From contig NMRA01000883.1 of NCBI GenBank assembly GCA_002633005.1, positions 7,929 to 71,928 on the forward strand: a stretch of 64,000 bases of DNA, in the 5' to 3' direction. A program made the position numbers and the translations under genes. The notes beneath the pieces were generated by a model. That model ran no database searches, was not told the DNA's origin, and saw only the letters and a program-made list of their open reading frames with translations. Of the stretch, positions 62,343-64,000 are shown one piece after another. Every line of letters starts with the position of its first letter. The stretch's first letter is position 1. The stretch is from Phoronis australis (Eukaryota > Animalia > Phoronida).

Positions 62343-64000
62343 GTAATATGTTTTGTTTAATAAAGGCTCGTTTTGCATTTTTAAGCTGGCTGGAAACAGA
62401 AATCAAATTGCACCTTGAACGCTCATAAAATCGATCTGATGGTATTTGTCACCGTGAATGGATTCTTTCGTCGTTTTAACTAGGCCTCCAAGTTTCAATT
62501 TTTGTGGTGTTGGTCAACCCTAAAATTCTGAATCTGATAATTACGTATGTCCGAATTGGTTGTTTCTTTAGTGTACATGTACACTTAGTTGTGATCCTTG
62601 TCCACTAGTTTGACTTCGACAGGCTCAGTCATACAGTAGATTTCAAGCGTCATTGTGTGAACACGCCACAAATATCTTTGGGAGTAGCCTTATTTGTACT
62701 TGCCCGAGTCTCATAAATCTACGTCAAATTGAAGAGGCTTAGTCATGCGAATCAGAAAACAATGAATCATTTAAATGTTGAGTAATCAAAAAGTGAACGT
62801 CTTGCTGCATTTTGAGCTATACTATTTTCTTTAAACCAGCACCTTACAGTGATAAATCGTTCGGTAGTAATGCAAGGGCGTAGGTATGCAGCTCCAGGTA
62901 TTTCGGGGTTTAAGGTTATGCGCAGGGCCGAATTGACACAACGGCCTAGGGTGACAAAACTTCTGAGTTGCATCAGTTTGGGTCAGCATTGACGTTACAG
63001 AATAATAACAGTATTTTTGCGTAGGTCGATGTGGGCCGGTAATGCTGAGCCAATGTGACACATACATCTACGAAAAGCGTGTGCCACATTGGGCCTAAGT
63101 ACACTATCAAGGTTATGAGACGTGATTTCGATTGGTACATGTAAGTGGACTACACTAACACAACACGGAATGGTTTTAAGCAACATCAATGCGAAAATGT
63201 AATGTTTTTATGCCAAAAGTTATACAAGTAAACATAGTTATGTATCGCCTTTATAGAGTATCACGCAGTACTGTCCTAAAGTGGCACAGTTTATAAGTTG
63301 AGTCAATTTGGGCTGGCGAAGAGTTCCCCCCTCCACTGCTTAGTGATGTGAAGTCTGGTGTCACAGTTTCAGCGCCAAAACTGTATCTAGAAATTCCTCG
63401 TTTTTCAACAGTCAGTACTTTGAAGACTGAACTTCTAGGATTAAACGTTGACAACCCTACTGAAACATGCGTAGCAGTGTAATCCACATCGGTATTGTCG
63501 CGGGATATAACCACGCTTCATAAGTAATGGTTTCCTAACAATGATCTCCAAAATTGATTTTTGGGCTTAATCGGGCGAATCTATCGATGGCTTTGGCATT
63601 GTGACACTGCCGGAAATTGTTCACAACCAACTGTTTTCAATCTCGCTCTACAAAACATTAAGTCTTGTTTTTGTGGAAAATGTGACTTTTTATTCGGCGG
63701 TTGGAGATCCAATCCACATCCCTGGCTCAATAGTTGACTCTTTAATTTAGGTTTTCTCGCTTCGATATATTTTGCTATCACTACTTTTGATGGTTTTGAT
63801 TTTCTCATTGGATGCTGTGGTGCCCGATTTTTTGCTCCTTTGTCCAAGTCTGGGGGAGGGAAAAATTCCCAAGCACCCTCTCATAATACGCCTATGAACG
63901 TGAAGAAGAACAATTAAAGCAGTTTCCAAACTGAAGTTTGAAAATCCTTTACTTATTAGTACTGCATACTTTACTAAGGCAGCTCCATGTGACCTGATTG

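Overview
Eukaryotic, AT-rich, repeat-dense invertebrate genomic DNA; a lophotrochozoan or mollusc-like host is inferred, not proven. The left ~25 kb is mostly transposon debris: decayed LINEs, TIR-bounded non-autonomous DNA elements, a THAP pseudogene and satellites. It also holds one structurally complete 4.6-kb LTR retroelement on the minus strand (15776-20361), with ~305-bp TG...CA LTRs, a 4-bp GGTA target-site duplication, a tRNA-Ser primer-binding site and a polypurine tract. This element has no protease, RT, RNase H or integrase. It encodes a ComEA-like helix-hairpin-helix domain fused to a Gag/CCHC protein, then a U-UUA-AAC slippery site, a linker and a C-terminally truncated TatD-family DNase. 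From ~29.8 kb to at least 62.3 kb a plus-strand multi-exon gene encodes a VWDE-like extracellular mosaic protein: C-type lectin, MIB/HERC2, EGF, D8C, VWD, EGF, Cys repeats and four cbEGF. I traced 25 exons by hand, phase-consistent from 35044 onward. Notable points in this gene are an 8x39-bp in-frame tandem array of a 5' splice donor, a likely GC donor and tandemly duplicated EGF exons. All calls come from manual reading; no database searches were run.
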